Origin: the human T2T-CHM13v2.0 reference genome, Homo sapiens
Assembly (NCBI RefSeq): GCF_009914755.1
Contig: NC_060931.1
Length of the DNA stretch: 64,000 bases
Strand: one strand, 5' to 3'
In this document: positions 26,549 to 41,065 of the stretch, piece after piece
How the letters are laid out: every line of letters begins with the position of its first letter
How positions within the stretch are numbered: the stretch's first letter is position 1
Translations under genes and position numbers: made by a program
The notes under the pieces: generated by a model
Databases searched by the model: none
What the model was told of the DNA's origin: nothing
The model's input: the letters and a program-made list of their open reading frames with translations, nothing else

Positions 26549-29500
26549 GGAATAATCTAACAAAAAAACAGAAAGTCTGGAATGTGTTTAGAATTACCCA
26601 TGTTGTTCTAAATGAAGCAAAAGGTCTATTTTAATTAAGAGAGGAGAAAAGATTATGTGTTGAAAGTCTTGAAAGGCAGAGAAAGGAATATTATAACACT
26701 GTGGTTATGGCATTTTTTTACATAGAGTCCTAATGGCTACTTTTGTACATAATTCTTAATGTCGAGTTTTACCGAAGTACTATAATACTCAACAAGACAC
26801 ATGATTACCAGTTACTCAAATTTACATTTTATGTTAATTTTTTATTATTTGTACAAGTTAATGCCAGTTATAAAATTAGATGCTTGCCAAATAAACATTT
26901 GTGTGTGTATATACATATTCAGATTTTGATAGAATGCATAAAAATAGAAGTCAATTTTAATCTTAGCACATCCTTTCTGAGAAAACTAAAAACAGTATAT
27001 TTAATGCTCTATGAGTAAAATATATTTAACTCCCCAACCCGAATATGTATAGTTAATTCTACTGATCCATAAGAACTGGCTTTATTGTGGCCTAATGATA
27101 GTTTTTATTATTGTATTTTCATAAACTTAACTGAACTTTATTTAAAAGATTATAAACAAAAAATATACTTTATTACACACAGAGGGAGGCTGCATATTAA
27201 TAACTTGAAGGCCATCAAAGTGAATAATTTCATATTCAAATTTTCAGGTTTTGTCTATTCATTAAAATATAAACCATCTCAAAATCAGCTACTAAAAGTT
27301 TTATTCACAAGCTATTTAGAATACTGTAATATTTGTGCTAAAAGAACCATGAAAAGAATCTAATTAATTAAATTAATTTGCATTTGAGCAAATTTAATTA
27401 ATTGTATAATTCATCACGTTTTCCGTTATTTTAATACTGACTTTTTTAATTTAATGAATAAATGAATGAAAAGAGGATGTTTATATGTACACAGTTCCAT
27501 GTTCAAGAACTTGTATTAACAGTAGATGACAACATTCTCATTAGACAGACTAAACAAAATGATTTATACTTGTTTTCTTATGAAAATGAAGCATACTGAT
27601 AAATAAAATTAGACTGATTTTGGTTTAACCATCATCTAAGAGTGATCTAGTCACCTCATACATGTTTTCTTTTAATCCACATTACAGTCCTTTGAGGTAT
27701 TATTATAAATATTATATTCTTATGAAAGACAATTTTGTCATACTATTTTTACTTAAGGACTGTTTATTCAAATGTTCACTGAATATCACCGTTTTCCTTT
27801 TATAGTTTAAAAATTTTATTTCTTACCCCTTATTTTTGGAACCATTCCACTTATGTTTAAAAAGGCTATCCAGTTCACACTATATTACTTCTTCCCTGAC
27901 TTTTCCACTTTTAAAAGCCTTTGAGGAATCTTCAAAAGCAACCCACAACATCCTTTAAAAAATAAGTATGAGACAATCAACTAATAGAGTAAATATGAAC
28001 TCCTATGTGAAAATTTTAACAGTACGATACGATTTAAGAATACATGTTGTAATTGAAGTGATGTGACTACAATATATCAATAGTATTCTTCATTAAAATG
28101 ATTATATATAACACTTGCATGGTCTTTTAAAATTATAGATGACTGCCTTTCAATTATACCATCTAGACATTAGAGGGAAGATTCTATTTCTCAAATATTC
28201 TTGGAAATCCTTATTTTGAATTATACTTGAAATTGATGACAAATATTTTGGACCCTTCAGGAATTATCTTATTTTTCAAACAGCTATAACTCCTCTAGAA
28301 TTAAGTCCGATGAAAAACACTGTCTTATTCTTTTTAAAATATGGTAATTATTTTCCCTAGACTAAAAAACTGTTACTGAAGGTAATTTCAAAAGAGAATT
28401 GTAAGGTTAAAATACCAGAAATAGCATATATGCAAAATTATTGTGTCAATCTTATTCTCATTTAAAATACTAAGAGAAAATGATTTTATATAATTTAAAA
28501 CTTGGTTAATTTGAGAATACACAAACTGTTAATAATGAATGACAAATACAGAGGATAATCAATTTTATCCATTTACCCTTCTATCACAAATGAGAAAATG
28601 TTGGTTATATATCCTAGAAAATTAATCAAACCAGTTTTTGTCTTTTTTTTTTTTTTTTTTTTTTTTTTTAGCTTTGAGGTGGAGCTGAAAATTTATGACG
28701 GTCACAAATTAAATTATTCTGGAATTAATGATTTTCTCCTCCAGGTCAAAAAATTCCTCTGACTTATAAAAGGTGTAGATTAAATAGAGGAGCCATTTTG
28801 AGTATAAATAATACTATCTCCATATAAAATTTGTTTCTTTCAAATATGAAGCCTTCCACCAACGGCCTGTATGACTCATCTGGGGACTTCTGCTCTATAC
28901 TCAAAGTGGCTTAGTCACTGCCAATGTATTTCCATATGAGGGACGATGATTACTAAGGAAATATAGAAACAACAACTGATCTTCACAGACTTGGAAGTGT
29001 AGTAATGGCACACTTCTTCAATCACATGGCAATCTAGGTGAATACAAGATAATAACTGGCCCCAGTGTCCATGACGCCTACATGAACATCCACACATGTT
29101 CCAGTGACTGTCATTTGAAAGAAGCAAGCAAAAACAGAGCCACCTTTTTAGAAGACTGAAACAATATTAGCATGGCCTTTAGTACTATTTTATGATACTC
29201 TATAACTCAGGTAGTATTTTTTTAAAATAACATTATTCATTAAACTAAAATTTACATATAACTTCATTTGATCTAATGACAAATGTTGACTAAATCCAAT
29301 CTGAATGTTTGCATATCTCATAACCCGGTATCTTTAAAGTCTGATCTTCGAATTTTGAGACAAAATAAACATGAAATCTTTATAGTCCATTTAAAATCTT
29401 TGTCGTTTTAATAAAATTTTAGAAATATCTTTTAAATGCCTTTCTACCTCTAGGGAGAAATCAAGTAAGATTTTATCCACGAAGTCAAATGCCAAATGAT

Positions 29501-30796
29501 TAAAAAATCCTCATCTCAAATTCCAGACCCCCATTTTTTTTTCCAGTTGTCAATCCCTTTTTAATTTGCTGTGAACAGTACTGTCAGCCTGTTTTGGAAG
29601 CTATTTTAATTTAAGATTATCTCTCTTCTTCAACCTTTGAATGGCCTGTCATTTGTTATACGCATCATAAAAGCTAGCCAAGTGCACTTCTGATTTCCAG
29701 CTGTCAATTTATAGAGGCACTGAATTTTGCACACATTCTTTTTCATGTCTTCCCTCTGGGTTTCCTTTTAATTTTTTTTTTTTAAACAGTAAATTTTTAT
29801 TTGTATTCCCTACTAAACAGTAAGAAAAAATAAAGCAATAACTGGATTTTTTACAAATCCCTGAATATTCTTATTCCATAATAGACTAAAAAAAATCACA
29901 ATATTTTCTTTAAACATTGTGCCTAGGTAATTGTGAAAACCAAATGGAAATGAAGAAAATCTAGTATTGTAAAATACTTGAGCTCCTTCTTAAGAAAAGG
30001 CACTGAGAAATATCAGCTCTGAGAAGTACTTGTGGAAAAATATATGATATGATATTCCTTTCTGACTTATGTGCACACACTAGACAGTGTGCTAGGATTT
30101 ATGTGATCTGCATGTGGGCATTGTTCTCCTAATTAGATAGAAAACATGGGTTCAATACCAAGATTAACCATATATGCTGACATAGATTCTTAAAAACTTG
30201 AAGTACTCTTAACTCACTGAATGTCCTCCATGAGGCTTTCCTAAGAACAGCAGAATTTCCTTTGGCTGTTTCTTATATATTTGGCCAAATATATAACATG
30301 AGATAAATTTGTAATGAAATATAGTACAAGAGATACAGAGTAAAACATTAAAAACTATCCAACATTTTATGCCTTGATTTTGGCAGACTTAGTAGTGTCT
30401 ACTAAGGCTGGCATGAAGCATGTAAGATTCAATCATTCTCCTGTAGTACCCTAGGTAGTTCTGGGGAGCAAATCCAAAATGCTCCCAGGGCCATGGAAGG
30501 AATGGACAGGAAGTTTTCACATACAACAGAGATGTGTGTTGCCTGGGTCAAAGGAACCAGAAAAAAACAGAAATCCAAAACAAAGAGTCAGCATAAACTA
30601 GCTACAAGGCCCGCCATCTACCCAGCCCTGCCCTAAGTTATCCAGACAGGTAACGACTAACCATCCTTGTTCTTCCCTTCCTCTCTCTGCTTCTCCCTAG
30701 TTTGGGCAAAATTCAAAGAGCAGCTATCAAAGCCCAGCCTCCACTGAAGGCTTCCATTAGCTCTTCACTAAGGTAGGGAAGAGGAGTTAACACTAA

Positions 30797-31145
<349 letters not shown>

Positions 31146-31599
31146 TGAGACATTTTTATTGAGATTGTTTTTATGTCTAAAGGTAATCTAGATCATTTTG
31201 TTATTTTGAATCTCCAGGAAAGTCATCCTTATCCAGGGTCACTCACTGAAAAGGTTTAATAGGCTATCAAAATAAAGTTGGATTTTCACAACAAACCACG
31301 TCACATTTGTACAAAGTGATTCATACAGAAAGCAAAGTGAGTTATAAATGGTATCAAATTTAGAATATGCCCATTTCTTAATATACAGCTATCTGAAAAA
31401 GTGATTATGTGAATTAACTGAAACATACTTGTGAGAGGTAAATGTTACATAGTCACATACATATATGAAAAATATTGGGTAAAACAAATTTTATTTATTC
31501 CTAGCAGAATTTCTTTGACCTTTTAAGGGTTAGTGTGTACTATGAACCTCCAAAGAAGTAGCTATAAAGTATAGCTACTTACAGATATCCTCATATCTG

Positions 31600-31797
31600 C
31601 ATGTACTCAATGAAAGAGAAGGATTCCTCTTCATCGTAGAAGGCCACCAACCCTTTCAGATTGAGGCCCGCTTTTGTGACCTCATTTAATCCTAATTACT
31701 TCTTAAAGTCCCTACCTCCAAGTATCACATCACATTGGAGGTTAGAGCTTCAACATATAAATTGGGGATGGAGGGAACACAATTCAGTCTAAAGCAA
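31600..31797 (-). mobile_element. MaLR LTR fragment (MLT1A-like)
   Basis: tgacctcatttaatcctaattacttc...gttagagcttcaacatataaatt...cacaattcagtctaaagca. Confidence 0.75.
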
Positions 31798-33440
31798 TTT
31801 ACAATATCTATAAAGCTATTACTAATTGGTCTGCTGTTCTGTGATCTGAAATGAATTAAAAAACCACTATCTATATGATAAGAATACTGTATCTTTGGCA
31901 TTTGGGTTGATAAGTAGTCAATATTCTCTTATCAGAAAGTCAATAGTATATTGTTCTCTATGAATATGCATGTATTACATAAATGTTATTTTAAAAAGAT
32001 AGTGAAAGTAAAGGCCATCTTTACCTCAGAAGTAGAATTGTTTCTCTTTGTGCCAAACTTATTAATTATGGTCAAATTAGCCTAGCTTAAAATTTATATT
32101 CTCTAACTCAGGCTTGTCCTCAATGTCTTATGATGTTCTTACCATTTCCCTGCTCGCACCTAATGAGAAACAATGTTAATTATGTAAGCTAATCACTTTA
32201 TTACAATAGACAATCACTTTGTTACAGAAGCAATTGTACTTTTTAAAAAGTGCCCTTTCTTAGCACTTAATCAGATTTCTGGTTGCATGAGTCAGAATCA
32301 AGACTTTATAATTTAAATAGCTCTTTAAAAGAAAAAAGGAAAAGCTACTCTGCTAATATCAGAACCATGACAACATTTTACTGAAAGTTCTTTAAAAACA
32401 TTCACTTTTTTAGTCATTTAACATACAACTCTATATATTATATATAATGATGTACTTTCCAGAATTAAAGAACCCTTTTTTTTGCAAATTATCTGGTTTT
32501 AAAAAATCAATAAACACAAAACTTAAGAAGGTCCTACTGATGAAAACTCTTTTATGATTCTATTGTGATCCAGATTCACACTTGTGACAAATACCAAGCA
32601 TAGAAAACAATTACCCTGAAAAATACCAGTGGGTTGGAAGTGTAGTGGATTTTTCAGCTCTTCATCTGAGCACTAGATATGTTAGGAAATTTGTCACGGT
32701 GAGGATATTCATATATGGCAGCTCATGTAAGTCATGTCCTGTTAGACTAATCAGCAATTTTAACAAGAATGAGTCAGCATCCTGTAAAATTTAGAACAAT
32801 TGGTTGAAAGCCTGTTTTGATTTCTACCATGGTAACAATGAAACTATCAAATAAAAAAATATTTTTTGGAATTATTTGACTGTTGTTCATGAAACAAGTT
32901 TGGTATGGTTTAGATTGGAGGAACATGGTAATATTTTGAGTTAGTGAGAAAAATTGTTCTGTTTTATTCATCTTAACTTTGCTATTTGGGGATTTAAAAA
33001 TAGGAAGACAGAAGCATTTCCTATTAGATAGATTCCTTGCATTACTTACTGCATGCAATCCTCACTGCACCCTAACAAGGTATATTCACCTCCTTTGATT
33101 GTAAAGAAGTTGAATATGTAATTCAGCAATAAAGCCAGGACTTGCATCCACTTCTGTTAGGTTCTATATTCTTGTCCATGATCCATAGCTAAACCCTGAT
33201 GAAGTGAATGACGTCGTTTTTTACCCCAGGATTGTACATGTTTAAAATTCTAGCGTTTGGAGGCTCAGATTTTTTTGTATAAATGTGTTATTTCAGCCTA
33301 CCTGTCCATCATACCTCCTGTTCTTATACCTTTTATGCCTATTCTTATCAACATAGTATCCAATGTCCACAACTTTTTCATAAAGATGGAAAAGATTACA
33401 AAATTCTTCCTCCAGAAAACATCCCGCAGCTTTCCATTTA

Positions 33441-33776
33441 TGTTATGGATTGGATGTTTGTATACTCCCAAAATTCATATGTTGAAGCCCTAACCACCAA
33501 TGTGATATTATCAGGAGATGGGGCTTTTAGGAGGTAATTTCCATGAGGTCATGAGTGTGGAGCACCTACAATAGGATTAGTGGCCTCATGAGAAAAGAGC
33601 TTGCTCGCTCTCTCTGCTAGTGCAGAAGAGGTCATGTGAGGACACACTGAGAAGACCCAGGAAGAAAATTCTTACTGGGCACCAACCTGCACCTCGATCT
33701 TGGACTTCCTAGCCTCCAAAACTGTAAGAAATACACGTCTGTTATTTTAGCCTATCTGTCTGAGATAATTAAGACA
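33441..33776 (+). mobile_element. MaLR solo LTR (MLT1A/MST-like)
   Basis: tgttatggattggatgtttgt...aaaattcatatgttgaagccctaacc...gatcttggacttcctagcctccaaaactgtaagaaata...taagaca. Confidence 0.85.
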
Positions 33777-33784
33777 ATCTCAAA

Positions 33785-34315
33785 GTAAATATCAGAGTCT
33801 TTGCAATCGTCCATAGGGCTGTGGCTGACATGGCGTCTGCTGCTACCCCTGCTCCCCGTTCGCTTGCTAACTCTGCTCTGGCCACAATGGTCTCCCTGCT
33901 GATTATGAGCCCACCATGCTCCTGCCTGAAGATCTTTGAGTTTTCTGTTTCCATGGCCACAGCCTTCTTACACAGGTGATTTTTATGGCTCACTTGCTCA
34001 CAAACTACAGACTTCAATTACAAAATTGCCTTAGCCACAAGGCCTTCTCTATCTACCCATTATAAAATTTCACTCTTCTCTCTTAACCCAGGCACTATCA
34101 TTAACCTCTTCTCTATTTTTATCGAGAGCACTCATTACACTACGATATACACTATTATTTTAATTGTTTGTTTTACACTCCACTCCCCTCCAATAGAATG
34201 CAGGCTCCATGAGTACAGAGAATTTTGACCATTTAGTCAGTGCTATATTCCCATTATCTGGAAAAGTACATGACATACTAGGTCCTTAATAAGTATTTGC
34301 TAAATGAAGAAATGT
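33785..34315 (+). mobile_element. L2 LINE 3' fragment
   Basis: tagaatgcaggctccatgag...catactaggtccttaataagtatttgctaaatgaa is the L2 terminus. Confidence 0.7.
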
Positions 34316-34504
34316 GTTAAAGGCAAAATAAAGAGAACATTTAATATTTTTCATTCCTATGATATATATTTTAACATACATATATATTTGAAGTTAGTTT
34401 TAATTAATAAAATTTCACTTGATGATTGACTGCTTCTGAGGTAATTAAATGGTAATACCATGTCTAAAAAAGCTATTTTCCTAGTTATGATGAACTTTTC
34501 CTTG

Positions 34505-34667
34505 ATATATATATATACACACACATATATATATGTCTGGGTATATATATATATATATATATACGTGTATATACGCATACACGTATATATATTCATATAT
34601 ATGTGTATATATGTATATATATATTCATATATGTGTATATATGTATATATATATTCATATATGTGTA

Positions 34668-34697
<30 letters not shown>
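34505..34697. repeat. (TA)n-rich array with a 26-bp higher-order unit, adjoining an Alu tail
   Basis: tatattcatatatgtgtatatatgta repeated about 3 times within TA repeats. Confidence 0.9.
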
Positions 34698-34714
<17 letters not shown>

Positions 34715-34995
34715 GAGACAGGGTCTCACTCTGTCACCCAGACTGGAGTGCAGTGGCACAATCATAACTCACTGAAACCTCTGCCTCCTGGGCTCACATG
34801 AACCTCCAACCTCTGCCTTCCAAGGAGCTGGGACTATAGGCGCATGCCAGCACCCAAGGCTGTTTTTAAAATTTGTTTAGAGAGACAGAGTTTCACTATG
34901 TTGCCCAGGCCAGTCCCTAACTCCTGGGCTCAATCGATCCGCCCACTTTGGTCTCCCAAAGTGCTGGGATTACAGGCATGAGCCACCACACCAGG
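34698..34995 (-). mobile_element. Alu (AluJ)
   Basis: Diverged reverse Alu with ctcctgggctcaa. Confidence 0.9.
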
Positions 34996-37712
34996 AGGAG
35001 CTTTCTATTCCAATAAAAGATAGTAACAGTTTTTATCAAGGTATAATTACAAAATAGATATTTTTCTTAACACATATAAATATAATCCATATTATTTTGT
35101 TATTGAAATCACAGAACAAATGTGATTTACTTTCTAACATATTGTTTTTTAAACTAATCCATCAATAAATCAAAATATTTGTTAAATAAAATATGCCAAA
35201 TACAGGTCAAAATATTGTACACTTCCAAGTTAACTAATATATATCAACTACTATAATCAATATAGTTTGAAAGAAGATAATATTTCAGAAACAAAATCAT
35301 TATAAGAAAAAATAAATATTAACTCTATAGTTTCTGCCTAATATCATTTTTCATTAACTTTTAAAAAATCCACTTTGGTTATAAACCAATTACATCCTAA
35401 GTAATCTACCCTACACATATTAATCATTGTAAGTAACATCAAATAATCATATATCTCTCGTGGATTGCATTTCCTTTAAATCATCTGTTATCCAAAGAAT
35501 AATTTCACTCTTTAATTTCAGTATTTTAAAGTTGCTCTCACGTCTTCTCATTATTTCAAAGCTAATTACAAAGAATAACATTATACACCAGAACTGAATG
35601 GTCTACCAAAACCATGAACAAGTTTCCCCTCTTACAAAATATATTTGATGACGCAGTATGACAAGCTAGTATCACTCCACTGAAGTATTTTCACTGAGAC
35701 TATAATTTTCTCAAAAATATGCAGATACAGACTTTAGAGCACAACTATTCCATCTGAATCAAGCCTTTTGCCCAAGAACACCAAACACCTTAAAGAAGCA
35801 TTGTTTTCCTCTGCCTTTTATACAACTATCAGATCTATGGATTTAGCCTGATTTATGTACAGCATGCCAGTCAACTTGAATACTAACTTTTTTACTCTGT
35901 TAAAGGTATACTACCCACACTGGTTCTTGGAGTAACAACAAAATGGGCTGTTTACAACAGCTAAATGTAAACTATTAGCAAGTGGTGGACCTTGTTGGAA
36001 CAGATTAGTTACTAAAATTTACAGGAGATTATGCAATTGTCCAGAAAGACTGCAAGCACCTTTTTCCTCTGCAATTTTGACACTGATGTCATCTAAGATA
36101 CAGCGGCTATATCTTTTAAGATAACACAATTGAATATCAAGATAAGTTACAAGGATAATGTCAGTGATTATTAGCTTAAATTACAAAAATCAAGCACTTT
36201 TAGTAAAGCATATGAGACATCAAAAGATAATACAACTCATGAAAATTGTCTTCTTTTATCAAAATGAAGATATCTTCATGATAAAAGTATGTTAGGTATT
36301 TTTACTTCTAAAACGTAAATAATAATTGCCTTACTTAAATTATAGGGTAAGTATAAGGACAAAAGTATCTGGTCCCTGAAAGCTTTATGCAAGTTGGGGT
36401 TTCTTCCTATTATTTTCCCTCATTAATGTTATTCTTATAGAAATATAATTATACAAAGAACTATCAATACAAATTTCCATTTAAAATAATTATACAATAT
36501 TCTATGAAGACAGCCCTACATTGAGTCTAAAGTGATTCAAAAATTAATAAAGTTCTGAGATTAAAAACAAATTAACTCAGAATATTCAGCCCTTGTTTTT
36601 ACTAAGTTATATGCTTGTCTTGTATAATTCTAAGCAGATAAATTAGATCTGAAAATTAAGTATGGTTTGGGTGTCCTCTAAAAGAAAAGGAGCAACCAGT
36701 GAAATTCTCAAAAATGGAGATTTTGAGATGGGGCTCTAATTAAATACAGTACTCTAAAACTTTAAATATATCATTGAGCAGAAATAATCACATTTCAATT
36801 CAAGGGACTTTAAAAAGTAATCATCTTTGTGAAATTAGAACACGAGGTTTCTTATGAGAGTGTAGCTACACAACTGTCTTAAAATGAAAAAGGCTGTTTC
36901 CTTCAGTTAAGCCTTCAATTAAAGTGCATTTTCATATTCATTAAACTCAGAAGCCGAGAACAATCCTCTAAATCGGATATGTTCCCACACACCACATGAA
37001 GAATACTGGTAATTATTAAATTTTCCAGATCTTGTGGACATTTCTGATTTCATTCCTGTCATTTATTCATGCAGCTTATAACATTGGACATGAATTTTAA
37101 AGGAGTACAGGCCAGGAAAGGTTAGAGTCTTACTGATGAGATTTCAGCAAAGATGAAGATGCCAATATTAAGATGAATGGGACTAAATAAATAATCCAAA
37201 GACAGAGCTTCTTTTAATTATGACATATCCCAAAGAATGCCTATGACTTCTGAAAACATATTAAATATTTTATTGATTCTCAAAATGTTAAGTTGTATTC
37301 TCTGAGACTATTAAAATTATCTGTAGCTATTTACAAATAGTTTATTTTAAATTGGAAAGAAAAACATTGTTTACACAAATTAATTTGTGTATGTAAATTG
37401 TAGCATACTAAGATATATGTATGCCTATGTAAACATTTTTAAAAAAATTTTTTAAAAATTTACGTTCAAATTTGTGAGTCAGATTTCATATTTGTTCTAG
37501 CATACAACAGATGGATGCTTAAGTTATAAAGTGATTTCAACTCAGTAAAGGAAGCAAAAGAGTAAGAGAATGCAGATTCTAATGCAAAGTAAGTATCTTA
37601 CTGCCTCCTGTGGACAATTCTGGCTCACATATAACCAAACAATAACCTATAAACTTGTCCAGACAATCTGTCTTGACTACCAATACTAGACAGAGAACAT
37701 TAAAGTAAAGAG

Positions 37713-38030
37713 GGCCGGCGTGGGGGCTCACGCCTTTAATCCCAGCACTTTAGGAGGCCAAGGCGGGTGGATCACGAGGTCAGGAGTTTGAGATCAGCCT
37801 GGCCAACATGGTGAAACCCTGTCTCTACTAAATACAAAAAAACAAACAAAAAAAATTAGCCGGGCATGGTGGTGCATGCCTGTAATCCTAGCTACTCAGG
37901 AGGCTGAAGCAGGATAATTGCTTGAAGCTGGGAGGCAGAGGTTGCAGTGAGCTGAGATTGTACCACTACACTTCAGCCTGGGCAAGGGAGTGAGACTCCG
38001 TCCCAGAAGAAAAAAAAAAAAAAAAAAAGA
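37713..38030 (+). mobile_element. Alu (AluSg-like)
   Basis: ggatcacgaggtcaggagtttgag; TSD-like aagtaaagag on both sides. Confidence 0.93.
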
Positions 38031-39059
38031 AACAGAAGAAAAGGAAGTAAAGAGAAAGCAGCTAGTGTTCTGGCCACACCACATTTATTTCAGGCACACT
38101 GGTTTTGGCTTTAACTTCTTTTACACATCAGTCTTCTACGTAAATACATGTTGTAAACAAAATGTTCATAGAGCAAAGCTATTAGAAAATCACTGACTTA
38201 AAATATCTTGTGGACATTTATAAATTACTAAATTTAGAAATAAAAAGCCTCCCAGATATCAACAATACAAAACCCAATCATAAAAGATTTCTAATAAATG
38301 AACAACATTCAAGTTGGCTTCAGTTTTCTTCAACAGAGTAACGCAGGTTGAAAAGCAGTGCCATGATGTACAGAGTACTGACAAAAAATATTTTGACTCA
38401 AAGCTTCTATACCCAGCCAGTTTTTCTTCCAATTGGAATTCAATAGAAAGATACAGAAGGAGATTATTATTTTGTTAACATATCCAACAAACAACAGGTG
38501 ATAGATCTGAAACTAAAGTGGAAAATATATTATTCAAAAATTGAGAAACATAACCATATAGCTTAGCATTGTCTGAACAGTTAGAATAATGACAAAAACA
38601 ATTACAAATATCAAAAGTAACTACAGAAAAATAATACAATGGTCAAAGAAAAAATATTAATATATGAATCCAAATCTCAAGTGATTTTAAAAAGGGCTTG
38701 GAATTAATAGTCTCAGTTGTATTGTAAAGAAGTTAAATTATGTTTAAGGCTCATGTAAAAAGAAACTATATCTATACACACACACACATATATATACACA
38801 TACAACGTTTCTATTATTATATGTAATTATAGGTTTAAAATCAAAGAATTGATAGGATGAAAACAGTGGTACTTTTAAAACACTTAAAAGGAGAAACAAA
38901 ATAAAATAATTTGATCAAAGATAAAATTTATAATAAAAAGAATCATATATGCATTAAAAATTGTTTTTAAAACCAATAATCTCAAAGTGAATAAAAAAAA
39001 AAAGCTCATATACAATGTGAGTCCCTTAATCTTGTGAGTCTAAATAAACTTTAACTGTA

Positions 39060-39290
39060 AATAATAACAACAACAAACACTTACATAGCACTTACTATGA
39101 GCCTGGCACTATTATGAGAATTTAAATACATTAAACTTGCTTTATCCTCAAAGGACATTTCAGGATACTAATCTTATCTCCATTTTACAGATGAGAAAAT
39201 GCCTACTCAGAAATTTGAAGGATTTGCCAGAGGAAATAATACTGCTAAAATTTAAATTTGGACACAGGTAGTCTGGTTCCAGAACCCAGG
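39060..39290 (-). mobile_element. MIR SINE
   Basis: cacttacatagcacttactatg...ccattttacagatgagaaaa...agtctggttccagaaccc. Confidence 0.8.
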
Positions 39291-40287
39291 CCATCTGGAT
39301 AATCTGGATTCCAAATACACTCTACCGCGTCTCAATTAAGAGGAATACAAGAAACACGTTCTTTACAATCGCAAGCAGTTCTTTCCCCTTACCCTTTACT
39401 ATGTGAGAAGGCAGGGAACGAGGTGCAGGATGGGGTGGAGGGATGGGTTAAAGAATAAATAATATGGAAGACCAGGGATATGACTGAACAAATACCCTGT
39501 TTCTGGTCACAGTTCATTCTCAGACATGATAGAGCTGTCTTTTGGAAAATTCCTAGTTAGAATTCTCAGGCTCTGCTCTGATTAATGCAAAGCGTGTCTC
39601 TAAAAAACAACACCTGCGCAAGCTTCCGCCACTATTTTCCTAAACACTTTTTTTACCCCATCCCTTTTTCACAGGGAAGCCTTCTCCAACCAATATTTCC
39701 AGTCACAGCTTTTCTAGTTTTTAAGGTCTCTTCCTTTTACCCAAGCACTTCTTTTGGCTGGAAGCCCACAATACATTGAGAGGAAGGTACTCTTTACCTA
39801 TATCCTAGGGTAAGGCAGAAAAACACAGACCGGGAGGGAAAAAGAGAGAGAGACTGACAGACATGAGAAGTCATAAGAACTGGAAAGAATCTGAAACATA
39901 CAATTTTCTCCCTTTACCCATTTATGCAAGAATATTTTTGCATGTGTGTATAATACAGCTGCACAGTTTTGGCTTTTGACAAATATATCTATATACTTTG
40001 TAAGTTATGGGTGGCAACTGGGAAAGCAGAATTATTTACCAAACATTAAGTTAGAAGGACCACTCCATGGATGCAGGCTGTCCTACAAATATTCGTTTAG
40101 TGAGGGTATACTCACATAAACTGTTCATGAAAATCAGATTGATTCTTTCACATAAATCAGAGTTTACCACAGACTCTTATATGACAAACAAAACAATGTC
40201 ACATTTGCTCTTTTTTTTCCCCCTCAAACATGGGAAACATAAGACAGGCGAGAGCATGGTATTCCAACAGATGTTAACATTCTTTTA

Positions 40288-40422
<135 letters not shown>

Positions 40423-40752
40423 CTATATAGAAAAAGAATAAACAGAATATTACAATTTTTGCTAACATAAATATTTTCACATGCACTTCTTTACTTGCCA
40501 AATGCATATTTTTCAAAAAATAAATCTACAACAATTGTTTAAAATATAGTACCTTGATAGCATTGGATACACAAATTTCCATTCAGGTATTAGCACTCAC
40601 AGTATATCTTTATTGTATTATTCACATTATAACTAACCACTCTCCTGATTTCCTCAATGTTGGAGTCATTCAGGATCATCTTTGGGGGACGAGGGAGACC
40701 AGACTTCCACACATATAATACTTATTAAGATGTAAACTTAAAGAATTGGATA

Positions 40753-41065
40753 GGCCAGGCCCAGTGGCTCACGCCTGTAATCCCAGCACTTTGGGAGGAA
40801 GAGGGGGGCAGATCACTTGAGCCCAGGAGTTCTAGACTAGCCCAGGCAACACGGCAAACCCTTGTCTCTATGACAAATAACAGAAAATTAGCTGGACATG
40901 GCAGCACAGGCCTGTAGTCACAGGAGGCTTTAGGTCAAAAGATCGCTTGTGCATGGGAGGTTAAGGCTGCAGTGAGCCATGATCACATCACCACACTCTA
41001 GCCTGGGCAACAAAGTGAGACCCTGCCTCAAATAAATAAACAAACAAACAAACAGACAAATAAAA
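40753..41065 (+). mobile_element. Alu (AluJ) with (AAAT/AAAC)n tail, about 330 bp upstream of the 130-nt exon
   Basis: gatcacttgagcccaggagtt; ggctgcagtgagccatgatc. Confidence 0.92.

Noticed and set aside
28643-28671. T27-AG resembling a plus-strand acceptor or a retroposon tail
   Set aside because: No convincing donor, element body or TSD; on the gene strand it is an A-run likely to cause oligo-dT mispriming artefacts
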